Below, piece by piece: positions 38,801 to 62,353 of a stretch of DNA of 64,000 bases; position 1 is the stretch's first letter, and the number at the start of each line of letters is the position of its first letter. This DNA comes from Tubiluchus corallicola (Eukaryota; Animalia; Priapulida). Made by a program: the position numbers and the translations under genes. The stretch covers positions 620,001-684,000 of the forward strand of contig JAQGDQ010002372.1 in the NCBI GenBank assembly GCA_030141605.1. The letters run 5' to 3'. The notes below the pieces were generated by a model. That model had not been told where the DNA came from and searched no databases. It was given only the letters and a program-made list of their open reading frames with translations.

Positions 38801-41800
38801 CGAGACTGATCAACTTTGTTCATCGGTTCATTATTTATTATTAAGCAAAAATCGTTTTCAGTGAAAATAAGCGGTAACGAAAATGGTACTGTGTTATAAG
38901 AACTGACGAAAGTGGCTAAAACACTGTTTTTTCCGCACGCTGTAAACCCGTTAAAATATTTAAAGAATTTACAAAATGTAGCTACATGTTTCAGATTCAA
39001 CAGATTTTGGTACAAAATTTTAAGCAGTTCTTGTATTTGCAAAATCACTACCCTCTATACAATAACTATTTTCAGATAATAGGTCAACGTATTTGGAGAT
39101 GCGTAAGTATGAGATTGCTGCAGGCTGCAAGAGCACTACTGACTTTGTTAAGGAGCTATAAATGATTTTTATCGGCACTCCCAAGTGCTCTAGGAGCACT
39201 CTTGCCTCTTCCACCATGCATTTACACCTGCTTCTACAACCCAAACATTGCGAAATTCTTTCATCATCTATGCACTTGACAGGCTGGATGGCTTCATAAA
39301 GAAAGATAATTGGTTATTACACCCCCTCCTGTGACCTTGGGAAGGTTGTATAACGCCGATGTTACATCGGAAGTCCTCTGCCTATGATTTACTATACGGG
39401 TCAGACTGACCAAGCAGCGTACAATGGAACTGTACAAGTAAGTGGGTATAATAACTGACATTTGTGCATTAATCTACGAAGCTAATGAACAGCAGAATCG
39501 ATTTTGCGCGCAGGTTTTCTACGAGAAATGCATTCATTTTATGCAATAATCGCTCAAAGCACGTAAAGTCATTATATTGGTTTTTTGGAAGAAAAAATAT
39601 AAGATGGTAAGGCAAAATAACTCTGCACACATGAAGAAGAAGTTAAAGCAAACTTTTTTCAGAAGCTTCGTAATTTGCATTAATAAACCGAGCGTGGGGA
39701 GCCTGTGCAGCACAACGTAAAGCTACTGCCGTCTGTGAAGGAAATCTGCTTTATTTTTTATTTTCTAAATTGAATATTGGCAGATGCAGATACGTATGAA
39801 AAATATCTGAGCAGTGAGCATGTTATCCATTTTACATAATGCTGGAAGCTCAAGGTATGCGACTCGTTATGATATTCAACCAAATTATCAAGTGCCTGAA
39901 GTCCCAATCCACCAAAATCCAAAAACAGAATACAGTGTCACGTTACTTGTTTTTTTTTGCTTCTACCAAAAGCATCTTCAAATTGAAAGCGTTAATTTAA
40001 TACAAAGGCATTTGCATACAAAAGAATTTGAGACGCAGGACAGATCGCCTGGGGGTAACAGGAATTGTTTATCTTCCCCTCATTATGTTGCCCTCTTGCT
40101 AAATGCATTGCATTGCCCCACGCCAGGCTCTTTATTTGTACTATAAACATTCATCCCACAATTTAACCGTCCTTAGGCCAAATTAGACGCTTTCGTGTGG
40201 AAAGTTGATCAATGGTTATACTACGGGGATCCACAGTTAGCATTATTTCTGCTCGTATCTGCTGGACGAAGTTAGATAGAGCTGTACATTGCCACAACAA
40301 AGAGACTGACAGATAAGAACAGCACTGCTGCTCCACGTAAACAAGAATAGGGAAGCCCTGCACTTCTGTTAATTTTGTCCCTGGCAGTCAATACTCACAA
40401 AAAAATTTGTAATCGTTACAGAAATCAGATATTTAAGGAGACGGTACAAGTTTTTAAACGAAGTTAGTTGTGAAGTTTTTAGGGAACTTATCTGAACCTT
40501 ACGTAAAATACGTGAACTGTACTAAAGTCTTTATGCCCTTCAGTGGTGTCCATAACTGACACCATCGGAATAGTGACTTGTTACTGGCTTGAATGTGGCC
40601 TTAATTAAGAACAAAATGGCGCATCATTTCTTCATTACTTAACAGTCAACCAACTGTATGTGGCTATACTTTTTGCACCATCTGATTGGAAAATAATTAA
40701 GCACAGGTTAAAACAACGCGGTATATTATGACTCATAGACTAAAGAATTCCACGGTTACAAAAGAGGCAGAGCCTAAGTTACTCCATTATCTCACCTATC
40801 GCTTTACTTTTAAGTAGCTTAGACTAGATTTAATTTAGATACCGTTCTTCTGACTCAGTCAAGCTTAAGTATTGGCAAACAATACAACCATGTGTGTATC
40901 TCGCCTAAATAATCGTAATCCAATTGTTTCTGTGTGATTGCCATAACTGCATTTAGCTGCTAATATGTACTTGATTAGCCCTTATTATCATCGCCACCAT
41001 GTGGCTACCTATAATGACTACATTAACACTGTGTATGACATTCAGACATTTTAGGTCTAGATTCAACGCAATGTGTCACCATTCAACATAACCGAAAATT
41101 TAGTTTCCAAAATGGTAATTAGGCAAGTCTTTTTCACTGCTAAGTTAAACATTGCTTTTAAGAAAGAATGACAGAAAGGTAAATATAATAAAATGCATCG
41201 TAACTATTTATTTCATATAATAACTATAACTCGGACGCGAACCTCTGAATTTTCTATAGACGACCTCGTCACTTGTCTTTATAATTTGTGTGTTTAATTC
41301 AATTATTCAATTAGCTCATTTCTCTTGATTTTCTCACACCTAAGGTTTTTCTGTTTCAATATGTTGACAGAACTTTTTGTAAACTAACTGTGTCAGCTGT
41401 TTTACATTAGCTTAAAAGTTATCTTTATAAACGTTTTCAAAAATAAAAATAAAGTACGTTAGCTAGTATTCAACATTCATCAGTGAATGTATAGGCTCTC
41501 ACACATTAACAATTTAAAGTCAAACACGATGTTGGAATAAAATTGCTAAAACATGTCAAAAACAACTTAATAACTGGTTCATATAATATAATGGCATGCA
41601 CGTACAAAAAATGCATAAAATAATATTCTTTCATATTTTCTTAACGCAATGCAAAGTGCAAGTTATTGGTAAAAAAAACTGCAAAATCGAACTGCATTTT
41701 ATATATTAATCTGCTTGATCCGTATATCATACATTGCAAGACGTAGCATCTTGACGATGCAATACTCGTGCATGAATTAATAACAGACTAAACTAGGCTT

Positions 41801-44084
41801 ACCACAACAATGAGATTGCCTTCATCGTATAAAATTCCACGGAGATATCAAAGTCTTACGTAAATTAGTTTCCCGCTTTTCTCAGCATGTTTACGCTACC
41901 CAATGCGCACTCTAGTACATGTACCACATCTATAGTCACATAGTATAGTTGCAACCATCTACGTCACCGGTGAAGATCAATCGCCTCTCTCAGCTCACAG
42001 CATCAATCACAGTGATTCCCGCTTCGTGCACCTTGGCTACGCAGATCGTTATTAGCTGCGCACGTTCTCACCGGCTAGGGGCACTTACTGACATCCTTAT
42101 TACGGGCAGCGGCAGCTTCGAATCTTAGACATAAAGTACCAGTAAACTTTAGAATCTTTAGGAAAGCAAAAGGTGGTAAAATGAAATGTGTACTTTAATA
42201 AAGTACAACATAACATAATTTTGAGGTTACGTAATCAAGCGTAATCACTCATTTTTGGTGCTTAACTAGAAAATCAGAACCTGCTGCATATCAACATAAT
42301 TATTCAGCCTCACACATACGACATACACCACAAAACGCCTATTTCTGGATTTGTACTACAGAAGGAAAATAATTTTAACACACCACAGTCAAACAATTTT
42401 TATGCAAGCCAACTTGCCTACCTTGTATTATAAAGTATGTGTATATTATGTATATGTCTCATGTAATAAACTTCTGTGCTTATTTAATGCTGTTGTATTG
42501 TTCTTCTACATATGTCATTCTACTGTATATACCAATAAATAAATTCTATATTTATTCTATATTATGCAGTTATTAGAATCATTTTCTTGCCACTGCATAC
42601 ATATCAAACACAACGTAGACTTTTCAAACAATTCTACATTGAATTAGCCATTTATTTATCAAATTAATGTCAATGATACAGAACAGAGCTGTAAAACATT
42701 GTGTGTCGTACACACTAATACATTATGCATGCCAAAAATAACAAATGGTTTACAGACGCCAACTCTGCACGCTATGAATTCTAGGACCAGCAGCTGCTGT
42801 CGTAACAATAGACGCCATAGAGAATTCTCGTAGGAAAGTTATAATCAAACAAAACTAAAAAGAACCGGATACCATGTAGTACATTTCCTGATACTGACAA
42901 TTATTCTCCTGACAATCTGATATGCACACTTCATAATAGAAACAAAAAATATGTTGAGTAATTATGATGATTTCTTATTATGCAAATTAAATTTACATAA
43001 TAGTAAATACATGTACTATAGTAATATTAATAATACTAATAGGTATTAGTATTACCTACTGCTGATAATAAAGATAACATTAAAATAATTTAATTACAGT
43101 CCCTGATAAATCTGCAACAGCAAAAGCGAGTATAATTTTCATAATAAACTCTTAGCAACAGTGTTGGTCCAAGACTATCTTCACTGAAAAGCACTGCTGG
43201 GACTAAAACTGGCTTTTTATTTTGACTGCCTAACTTGGCGTCGCTTAGAGCTGCATTCAATCATATGAAAAAATAAGCCCTGATCGACGCGGCTGAGCAC
43301 AAAGGCATCGGCATGGACGCGTGGCAGACTTAATGAGGCATTCAAGCAAGCCTTACCAAACTTGGTGAATTCATTGTTTGGTGGATTATTGAGGAACCAC
43401 ATAAGCTCATTTATGCCTTTGTCATATTTATATCAGGCCTATGGAGTAAAATTATTCATAAATTATTTACTGGCGTACTTCGAAACAAAGCTGCCAGCAT
43501 TTTATTATTGCACTAGAAAATTAGATAAAATATAATACGCTGCTAGTTAAAATATTATTTAGCAGAACAAATATATATGTTATTTTACAAAAACTAATCA
43601 CTTCAGGTCGTTGTGTGATTTTAATCATATTAGTTGTAGTTTAAATGGTTGTGCAACAAGTCATAGAGTCAAAAATTCAATTTTCCTAAAACTGTGCGAT
43701 AAATGGAAAATTAACACGTATCACGAAATTGTTGTTTATTTGTTTATTTATGGACCATGAAGCTATCAGCCTGTTATCATCAATGTTATGTTTTAATTAA
43801 AACTGTAGAGTTAATCATAAAGAGTTCATAGCGCTTGCAAAAAATATAAAATCTTGCAATCGTTATTGATTTTAATTTAATTAATTTTTTTATTTTATTT
43901 TTTTGAAATAACACTTGCATTACAGTAGCCAAGACTTCCCTGTACTGCGCCGCTTCAAGGGGATCTAAGCCAACTCTCCCCATCTCCAAAATTTGGTTTC
44001 ATGGATCTGCGCCTCACCGTGGCGCCATCTGTAATTTTAATCTTAAAAGATTCTGCATATAGCAGAATCTTATTGGAAATCAAC

Positions 44085-44905
44085 TGTTTACTATTTCCTT
44101 AATTTTGAAATCTTAATTTTTAAAACTAAAACAGCTAGAGTCACGAAACTTGCAGGGTAGACACCTGAGGATGGAGGACTATCACTAGTATAGTGATCGG
44201 TGACCTCGGATCAAAGGGTCACGGACGCTGGACATCGGACAGTTTTCCTTTGTCGCTCAATTCCTTGAGTTAAATTCAAAATTTTTTTCACAGATATTTA
44301 GGTCCTGTCGGTGCACTAAGTATTTTTCGGAAATTGGAGTCTAGGAAAGTTCTGAATTAGGAGCCAAAATGTGAAATCGTTTTGTCGATCAACTCCTCTT
44401 ACAGTATTGGACTAGGAGTCAATATTTATACATGCGTGGCTAGGCAGGAGGAGGGAATAGATGTGCATATAGTTCGAAAAGGATTTTCCAAAAGCGGGCG
44501 TGATCTAGTCACGTGACATGGGCGAAAGTATTAACATGTGGCCTAGTTAACTCCATAAGACCTTGAATTACGAAACTTGCAGGGTAGGCGCTTAATATAG
44601 GTAGGCAGAAAACAGTGCAAGAATGGCGAATTCTAGGACAAAGATCACAGGGGCAGGACCCAAAATGTGAAAATTAGGGCAAATGACTTTGCCACTCAAC
44701 ACCACTTACAATATTGGACTAGACGCCCACGTTATTGCACGTATGGGTAGTCGGTCGAGCGTATATGTGTACTAAGCATTTTCGAAAAGTGGGCGTAACG
44801 AGGTCACATGGCTACGGCGACAGTGTTAAAATGGCATTGCAACAAAATGGACTTCCTATGTAATCAAGCACGGAGAATTCAGCAATAGCAAAATTATAAT
44901 CTCGA
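44085..44905. mobile_element. Repeat with duplicated internal core (possibly Helentron-associated/HINE-like)
   Basis: Two diverged direct units share CGAAACTTGCAGGGTAG (~44144, ~44571), CCAAAATGTGAAAT (~44364, ~44659), TTACARTATTGGACTAG (~44399, ~44706) and AAAAGYGGGCGT..GTCAC (~44490, ~44785). The family is inferred and the ends are approximate. Confidence 0.5.
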
Positions 44906-45046
44906 GACAATAATCAAGTCAGCAAAAAATTTTCACAATCAGCAGTCGCAGTTTTGGTCATAATGCTGACTCTGTCATAAACAAGGTCTAGTTACTTTTT
45001 TATTTACTCTGAGTGAAAGGTACTTTGTCCTGTTTATAGTATCTAA

Positions 45047-45766
45047 GGCCAATTTCACCGCGAGAACGCAAGGAAAATTATGCATGGAATTGGTGTCAGA
45101 AAATATTCAGATGATTTCCGACTTTTTCTCGAAATGCCATGCAGCAAGAAAGTCCTTTGCACAATGAAACAGAGCGATTTTTTAATGCGCGTCCAAATAG
45201 CTACAGCTCCTTGGACCGTGTTGCGGGCTTGTAGTATCGCTCGTCATCATGGACAGCGAGAGATGAGCTTGTTTTTTTTTAAAAAGTTCTACTATCAATT
45301 TCAACGTCTAAAAACATGTTAAATAAATATGTGCGTGTGTCATTTTTCTTTTTCACGAATATAGCCATCGCCGTTGCATTAATAAAACATAAAATCGTCT
45401 TTATGTTAAAAGAGGGGTAAGATCTTATAATTTTATGCTGAAGTATGTTAATTGTTGTTCGTTAAACCAAAAAGAAGTAACTGAGTTGTTAAACTTTAGT
45501 TTTAATTCCCCGAGGAATCCTCACAAAACTTCACGAAGATCTAGCGTACGGCAACTTTACCATGTGGCAACTTTCCTCGTGAAGAGGACGCATGGTTTCT
45601 AGCTGGCGGTAGAATTCCTCATGACAAATTCCACGAAGAAAATTTTGCATGAGGCGTCAGTGTGAAATGCGTCATAGAAAGCAATATGTTCCATTTTCAT
45701 GAGTAATACCGGAAGAAATTTTTCCATCAAGGTATTTTGACGCGTGTTTTCTCTGTAAAATGGGCT
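45047..45766. mobile_element. PIF/Harbinger-like MITE, ~720 bp
   Basis: TAA|GGCCAATTTCAC ... GTAAAATGGGCT|TAA: a 3-bp TAA duplication, degenerate TIRs and subterminal GAGGAA/TTCCTC repeats. Confidence 0.65.
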
Positions 45767-47045
45767 TAAGTGTGTCTGCTGCTGTTGCGGTGATTTCTGA
45801 TTTTAACACTCTAAGCACAAAGTCTATGAAGCAGAAACAAAGTGATCTATTGTGTCTAAACTACATAAATTAATAATTTCACATCCAAATGAAGCCAAAT
45901 AATCTGACAAAACTACTGCACTCAAATTGGGTGATTCACTACACTCAAACTATATTTTCTTGGGGGGAGGGCGTATTACGGTCTAACTAAATAAGCGTAG
46001 TTAATGAATTTAGCGTACTTAAGTAAAATGAATTTACTTCCATAATGTCCATAATGCCAAAAGTAACGAATACAATCTGAGTAATTTGCCATATTTAAAC
46101 AAAAAAACCGTAGACATAAAAAAGAGCGCCCAACATAAAAAAGGCCAACTATTCAGTTTCCTAGTATAGTGACTCAACACTATTTCACAGCCGTTACCCA
46201 CTACCACTGCCACCTCCATCGTAACCGTCGTTGTCATCATTATTATTGTCCTCGTTTCTTCAATCGTCAATGAACGCCTAAAATATTAATTTATTGAACT
46301 CTAAACCAACGAGATGTAAAGCAACGGAAAAGATCTTCTATTTGAATAGCACGTTGTGTTTATTTGAACAAATCATAAAAATAGTGTAAAAATAAAAACA
46401 TATCACTGAAACTTTTTTGGCAAAAACAAGAAGAAACATAAGAAACATGAAAATGAAAGTGCTATGGTTAAAAAATGCATAAATGCATACGGTTGCAAAT
46501 TATCAAAAGACACAAACAATGTAAAAATATGTATTTTTATTGAAAAGCTTTAGTCTTAACACTAAAGAGTTGTATATTAATGTATAACAAACATTACCGA
46601 GTCGCACTTACATAACATTTTGATTTTCGGAAATTGCTTTCGTAACATTTACTACAGAAAATATACAGCACTTAGAAACATTACACAAATTTTGCTTCCG
46701 AATCTACACATTCCAGTGGCAGTGTAGAGCATTTATAATTCGTAGGCCTACACATATATAAGCGATTATATTTGGCTAGTTACAACACAGTTAACTTTTT
46801 GTAATATCAGTTACACCTTAATTATTAATGACCACAAAATTATTTGCAAAAAATAGCGAATTCTTTATTAACCAGATTGTTAAATTTTTGACAAATAACA
46901 GGATCATTCATTCTTGATATTAAAACTTTTATATTCACAAATACCTGGGTATATAATGCAACGTAATTGATTAACAGTCACTCGTGCAGGTGAGCAATAA
47001 AGCTTAGTTAAAATAATAACAGTCAATATTGTAAAGCAGATTACT

Positions 47046-52299
<5,254 letters not shown>

Positions 52300-53444
52300 T
52301 TTGTTTTGTTTGATAAAAAAAAACTTCAAATGCTATGGATCAGCACGCAAGCCCTTTTTCTTGTTCGCACCACTTCTCCCAGCTTCACCAATGTGTTATG
52401 CAGCCAGGTTTCAAAAACCCACCCTTTTTACTACTGCACCGGACTACTTTCTTATGGATTTACCATTTACCACGCCAGACGAAGACCAAATGGCTTTGCT
52501 GAGAACGCCAGACGCTTTCAGCACGCATGCGTGTTAGAAAAAAAGATGAGGGATGTGTCATCGACTCCTGCAGCGTGGTTAGGTTACTTACTGTACTGTT
52601 AAAACGTGATTCATGTGAATGCATCTTTGCGACTGTATACAGACTAGAAAGGACGCTTTAGATTCTTGTTCAGTGTAATAACCCAGTAATAATAATTTAT
52701 TGCATTTGCTTAATTTAATTTTGCGTGAAAACATGCAACTCGTATATGATAATAAAGATGCCTGGACGAATATTTAGTATACACGCCAAGTAATCATTAC
52801 ATGAATACAACATATTTACCGTAGCAGCAAAACCGCCCCTTGCACTGAAAAAGCTTGTTTGTATACGTCATTATAATGGTACTTCTGTGAACAAAGCTCA
52901 GAAAATAAGAAGTTTCTATCTCAATTTAAAAATTCAGAAACTCGGGTCCTGGATCTTTCATTATTGATCATTCAGATGACAACGAAATTGAAAACGATGC
53001 TTATCACGTATTGATGAGGTATATATTTACCATTTGAGCTAAAATACTAAACCAAAGTTTGCTTTGTATGCATATAACAACATTTATTTTGAAAAATATC
53101 CACAAACTTAAGAAAAACTGTCATTGTTCAACAATTAACATGCAAAATATTAAATAGGGAAGAGACTTCAATACTGAAATTGCAAAATCATTGACTGATA
53201 TGAAGTTTATGTAATACTTTTAACAGTAAGCATTCTACTAAATTTAGCATAGTTGACGATATTCACAAGTTGTTCACAAAACTGTCATTATTAAATCAAG
53301 TCATTTTAACTAACTAAAGGAAAAGAGATATATTCAATACTAAAATTACATCATCGTTGATCAGTATGGTATTTTATGCAATACTTTGCACAATTCATAT
53401 TTCAAATCTATTAGAAATTATGCCATTAACCATGTGTTGTATGT

Positions 53445-58318
<4,874 letters not shown>

Positions 58319-58449
58319 TTTGACAAATCTTTAGACCTTCTGAGATTAAACTTATATGGCAGGTTGTTCAGCGTACAGTGACAGAATAATAGAAAGCTAC
58401 CGGTTTTGTACGCAGTTACACACCCAATATTCATTCGCCACTAAGGTAT

Positions 58450-58640
58450 TTGAATATGATGTCACCACCCTAGCTTCTGATTGGCTAGGCTTCTATTTTT
58501 TCGCGAATTGAGAATCCCAGATTACTACAGTTAGCGGAATGCGCGCCAATCCAACACGTAAGCCTTTGGCGCCATCCAGCGGGCCTCAATTGGATACTTA
58601 TATTTGCAGTTAACGTCAATCAGCCGCGTCGTCATGATTT
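58450..58640 (-). promoter_or_regulatory. Putative proximal promoter of tubulin B
   Basis: CpG-rich patch 130-320 bp upstream of the ATG, with CCAAT boxes (CTGATTGG ~58477, GCCAATC ~58545), TGATGTCA, TCGCGA and GGCGCCATC. Confidence 0.5.
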
Positions 58641-59151
58641 CTCGTTTATCCTTGTAAGCTAAATACTTATGAAAAGTATTTTTAATTTATTTATGCACGT
58701 ATATCTAAAACCATACATCAGTTTTATAATTATGTAGCCTTACTCTAACCACATCATCCCCCAAATGTTAACCTATCACGCTAAAAAGTACAGTGTTCTG
58801 CCTTCACGCGTACTCTAGGTGTCTACATACATACCCAAAAGTGATTACAAATTAGTCTAAAACTTTGAACGAACGCTTTTTTAGTTTTTGATGTGGGTGT
58901 TGTTGGCCTGTTATCATTATCTATAAATGGCTGTTTTAGAAGCTCTGTTCAGTCTTCAGTGTGTTGCTTGTACTTGTTCCAGTACGTATTATGGTGAACA
59001 GCACGGTGGCGACATCATTTGCAAAAAGGAAAAAATGAATTGAATCGAAATTTTATGAGAATGAGAGTTACATATTACATCATGCATACAATACACACAT
59101 ATCACTATACCAAAGAAAAATTAACTAATCTAAATACGGATATACATCTGT

Positions 59152-59306
<155 letters not shown>

Positions 59307-62099
59307 ATTTCTGCAAGTTCAGTCTCAAAATTCAAAGTCCTTACTAAACAGAGTTTGTAATAATCAATTCGTATACAAGAGACTACATATGACAATCACT
59401 ATGGTAGATTATTTCGAATCAGTTTAATTTGAGACTTTTCTGTACGTGACTTCAGAGGGTAATGTTTAGTTGATATACATAAGATATGAGGCAAGTCAAT
59501 TTTTTAAATCACGCATATAAACTCAAAAATAATCTACCAGTAAAAACACCCAATCAAGAAAATCCAGAACTGATAAAATTGAGAAAACGTGCAGATGGGC
59601 TTACTTTTACTAGCAAAAATTAGCTGGTAAAAGTAAACCCGTCCAGAACCGGACTTTGCCGAAAACACTCTGATGAGTCACAAGCCAATGCTACAAAACT
59701 TAATCACTGTAACTGATGATATGTTTCATCGAATCTATATTAAAATTACAAATTTTATTTTCTTAGACGCACGTTTTTTTAACCCAGGCTAATCAATGAA
59801 TTAAAATAAAAGTCAAGCTGTGATTATACCCGTGAATATTATTTGTTTAGACTGCAAGCATTATAAGTACAAGACAAATTGCTAGTTCACAGTTTTCTTT
59901 TGGTCCTATATATATATATATGCGTCATGTCATCGTATATATTAAACGCAAGATACTCGGTAACCGTGTGATACAAAGTTCAACTGATAAAAAGGTAATA
60001 TACTATGTAACATACTGTAAAATTATTACTGCTGATGTAGAGTTCCATAAAAACATAACTTTTTCTTAGATATTGCAACTAGCGGACAGTTTGCTTTGAT
60101 ATCTGAAACTGAATGAATAAAAAGGTGCAAATATATAAACGTTGTTTATAGGGCAACTGATTGTTTAAAAAAGTTATGCAGAAATAACTGCTTTTTGTGA
60201 AACATATTACAGAAGTCTAGACAAATGCGAATGGGACTCAAAATCGGATTTGCGTTGTTACGAGACACATTTTCTTCTGACTTAGCTATAGATGGCAAAT
60301 TTGGCCAAATTATTAAAGGACCATGATAAAATATCTAATAAGCAGGCGATTCATCGTGTAAAATTGCTACCTTATGCTTTCAAATTTCGTAGTCATACTG
60401 AAATCGTTCTGCTTTTTAAAGTTAAAATTTATGGACTGCACTTATGTTTTGTCAATGAACTACTAACTGATTAATGCTAACTAACTAATAACTAAGTAAA
60501 TAACATTTATTGACATCTGACTGCTAAACACTGCTAAGCGATGCACGGCGACGCATTTTGTAAAAAGTGGCTGCGTTGGAGCCAACTTTTCTATCGTATA
60601 ATAAGGCTCAAATGTTTAATAACAATAAAAAAACTTTATTTTAAAATCAACGTGAATAAAATAAATTCAGCAACTACTAAGTTCAAATAAATAGGAAGTT
60701 TTTTAATGTCGTTTAGCAATGTTTCAACATAAAAATAAAAATATTCTGTACATTTGTTATTAACTTCAATGTACATTTGATTTAGTACAGGGGGTTTACG
60801 TGCACCAGAATATGAGTCTCCGTCTTGTTACTACCTCATTATTAGTGATGTATGTACTCTACAATTACAAGTAATATATTAACGTATTAATTGTATTTAT
60901 AATGACTACAATACGTGTGTTGTGCTAATCCAGTAAATATTAAAAGTATATTACTACACCGTTTTACACGAAATATATTTATAGGCTTATTCCTTTTTAT
61001 CTAGCACTGCAACGATACCTTTAGCTAACGTTTACACTCAGGTTAATTAAGGTGACGTATCAGGTCAACCACCGATCTTAGCCACCCACTAGTCACTCAC
61101 ATAAAAACTCGCCCACCCGGCATAGACCAATCCTTATTGCTCAAATAATCAGCTACAAAAAGTATTTTGTACCTACATAAATCCTCATTAAGAACCTATA
61201 TTAAAAAGTTTACTAATATAAATATCAGAAAATTTGCTGAGTTACATATACTATTTCAATAATAAAGAAGTTTTTGAAGTTACTATTTCCTTGAACATGT
61301 TGACCGTCTAAGTATATAACTTATTTAACAGAAAACGCAATAAATTTTCACGTTCGTAATTACTCCAGAATTTTGTGCGGTTTACGATGACGAGCGCTGA
61401 AAACCCGTCAGTGAATCTCAGTTTGATGCGAGCGTGTCCATCCAACAATTTTAGTTAATCAGAAACTTTCACAAGCAACACCCACAGCTATTCCTAAGCT
61501 CTATTACTCATTCACACAATGGCAAACCGCAAGTGAAGGTATTAAAGCTTCCGGCTGTTTTAATGGTAATTACAAACAAGGTTATGAGTCAACATTTGCG
61601 TATGTCTTGTTTCACGTGGTTCGGTATGAATTGCACCTATATTTCTTACCATATTAAATGTTTTTGCATATTAAAAAGTATCTAGTATACGTAATAATAA
61701 TGTTGCTGTTTATCCGCATACTGGTTAACCTCAGCTATCCTCACGAACATCAAATTTGTATACCTTATTAGTACTATGCACTATTTTGTTAGATACACCT
61801 AACAAATTTAAAACTACGAACATGATAGGCTGTGGGCCGATTACGAATTCATAGGCATTCTAATATTTCAAAATGTTGTTTACAGTGACATTTCACGTAT
61901 TACTCATCTCGTGGTTTAATTACGACACAGCGCCCAGGGATGTGTAATTGTGAAGGTATAATAATGTTACTTCACGGTCATTGCCTACACATTTGCCAGC
62001 AAGTCCCAGTTTATGCTTTTGCTCAGAAACAATACTACTATCGTAGGCTGCGTAGTAAAATCTGTCAATCATGTCCCATATATGGAGATTCCGAACATT

Positions 62100-62225
62100 T
62101 ACGAATATGTCGTCACGCTTCCGTTAGCCCGCCTACGGCTGCCGAGTGCCATATACGGAAGTTGTCGTGGTTAGCGATCGATTGAGCAAGACGCGTTCAC
62201 CAATCAGAAACTAGTCACATGATCA
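62100..62225 (+). promoter_or_regulatory. Putative CBFB promoter
   Basis: CpG-rich, with ETS-like CTTCCG (~62118) and CGGAAGT (~62156), CCAATCAG (~62200) and E-box TCACATGA (~62215). Confidence 0.45.
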
Positions 62226-62353
62226 TGCCGCTGATGATGAATGAAAAGTTGTAGACTTGTGATGAGTACATGCACCTGTGATAGTAATCGTACATTACCA
62301 TTCCAATGGTGAACTCCATGCAGTCAACTTCGACGGGTGCTCCAACAGCCGTC

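Noticed and set aside
34000-44000. Short ORFs of 60-110 aa in the intergenic interval
   Set aside because: No recognisable domains or consistent splice chain. Small or non-coding exons cannot be excluded without transcript data.
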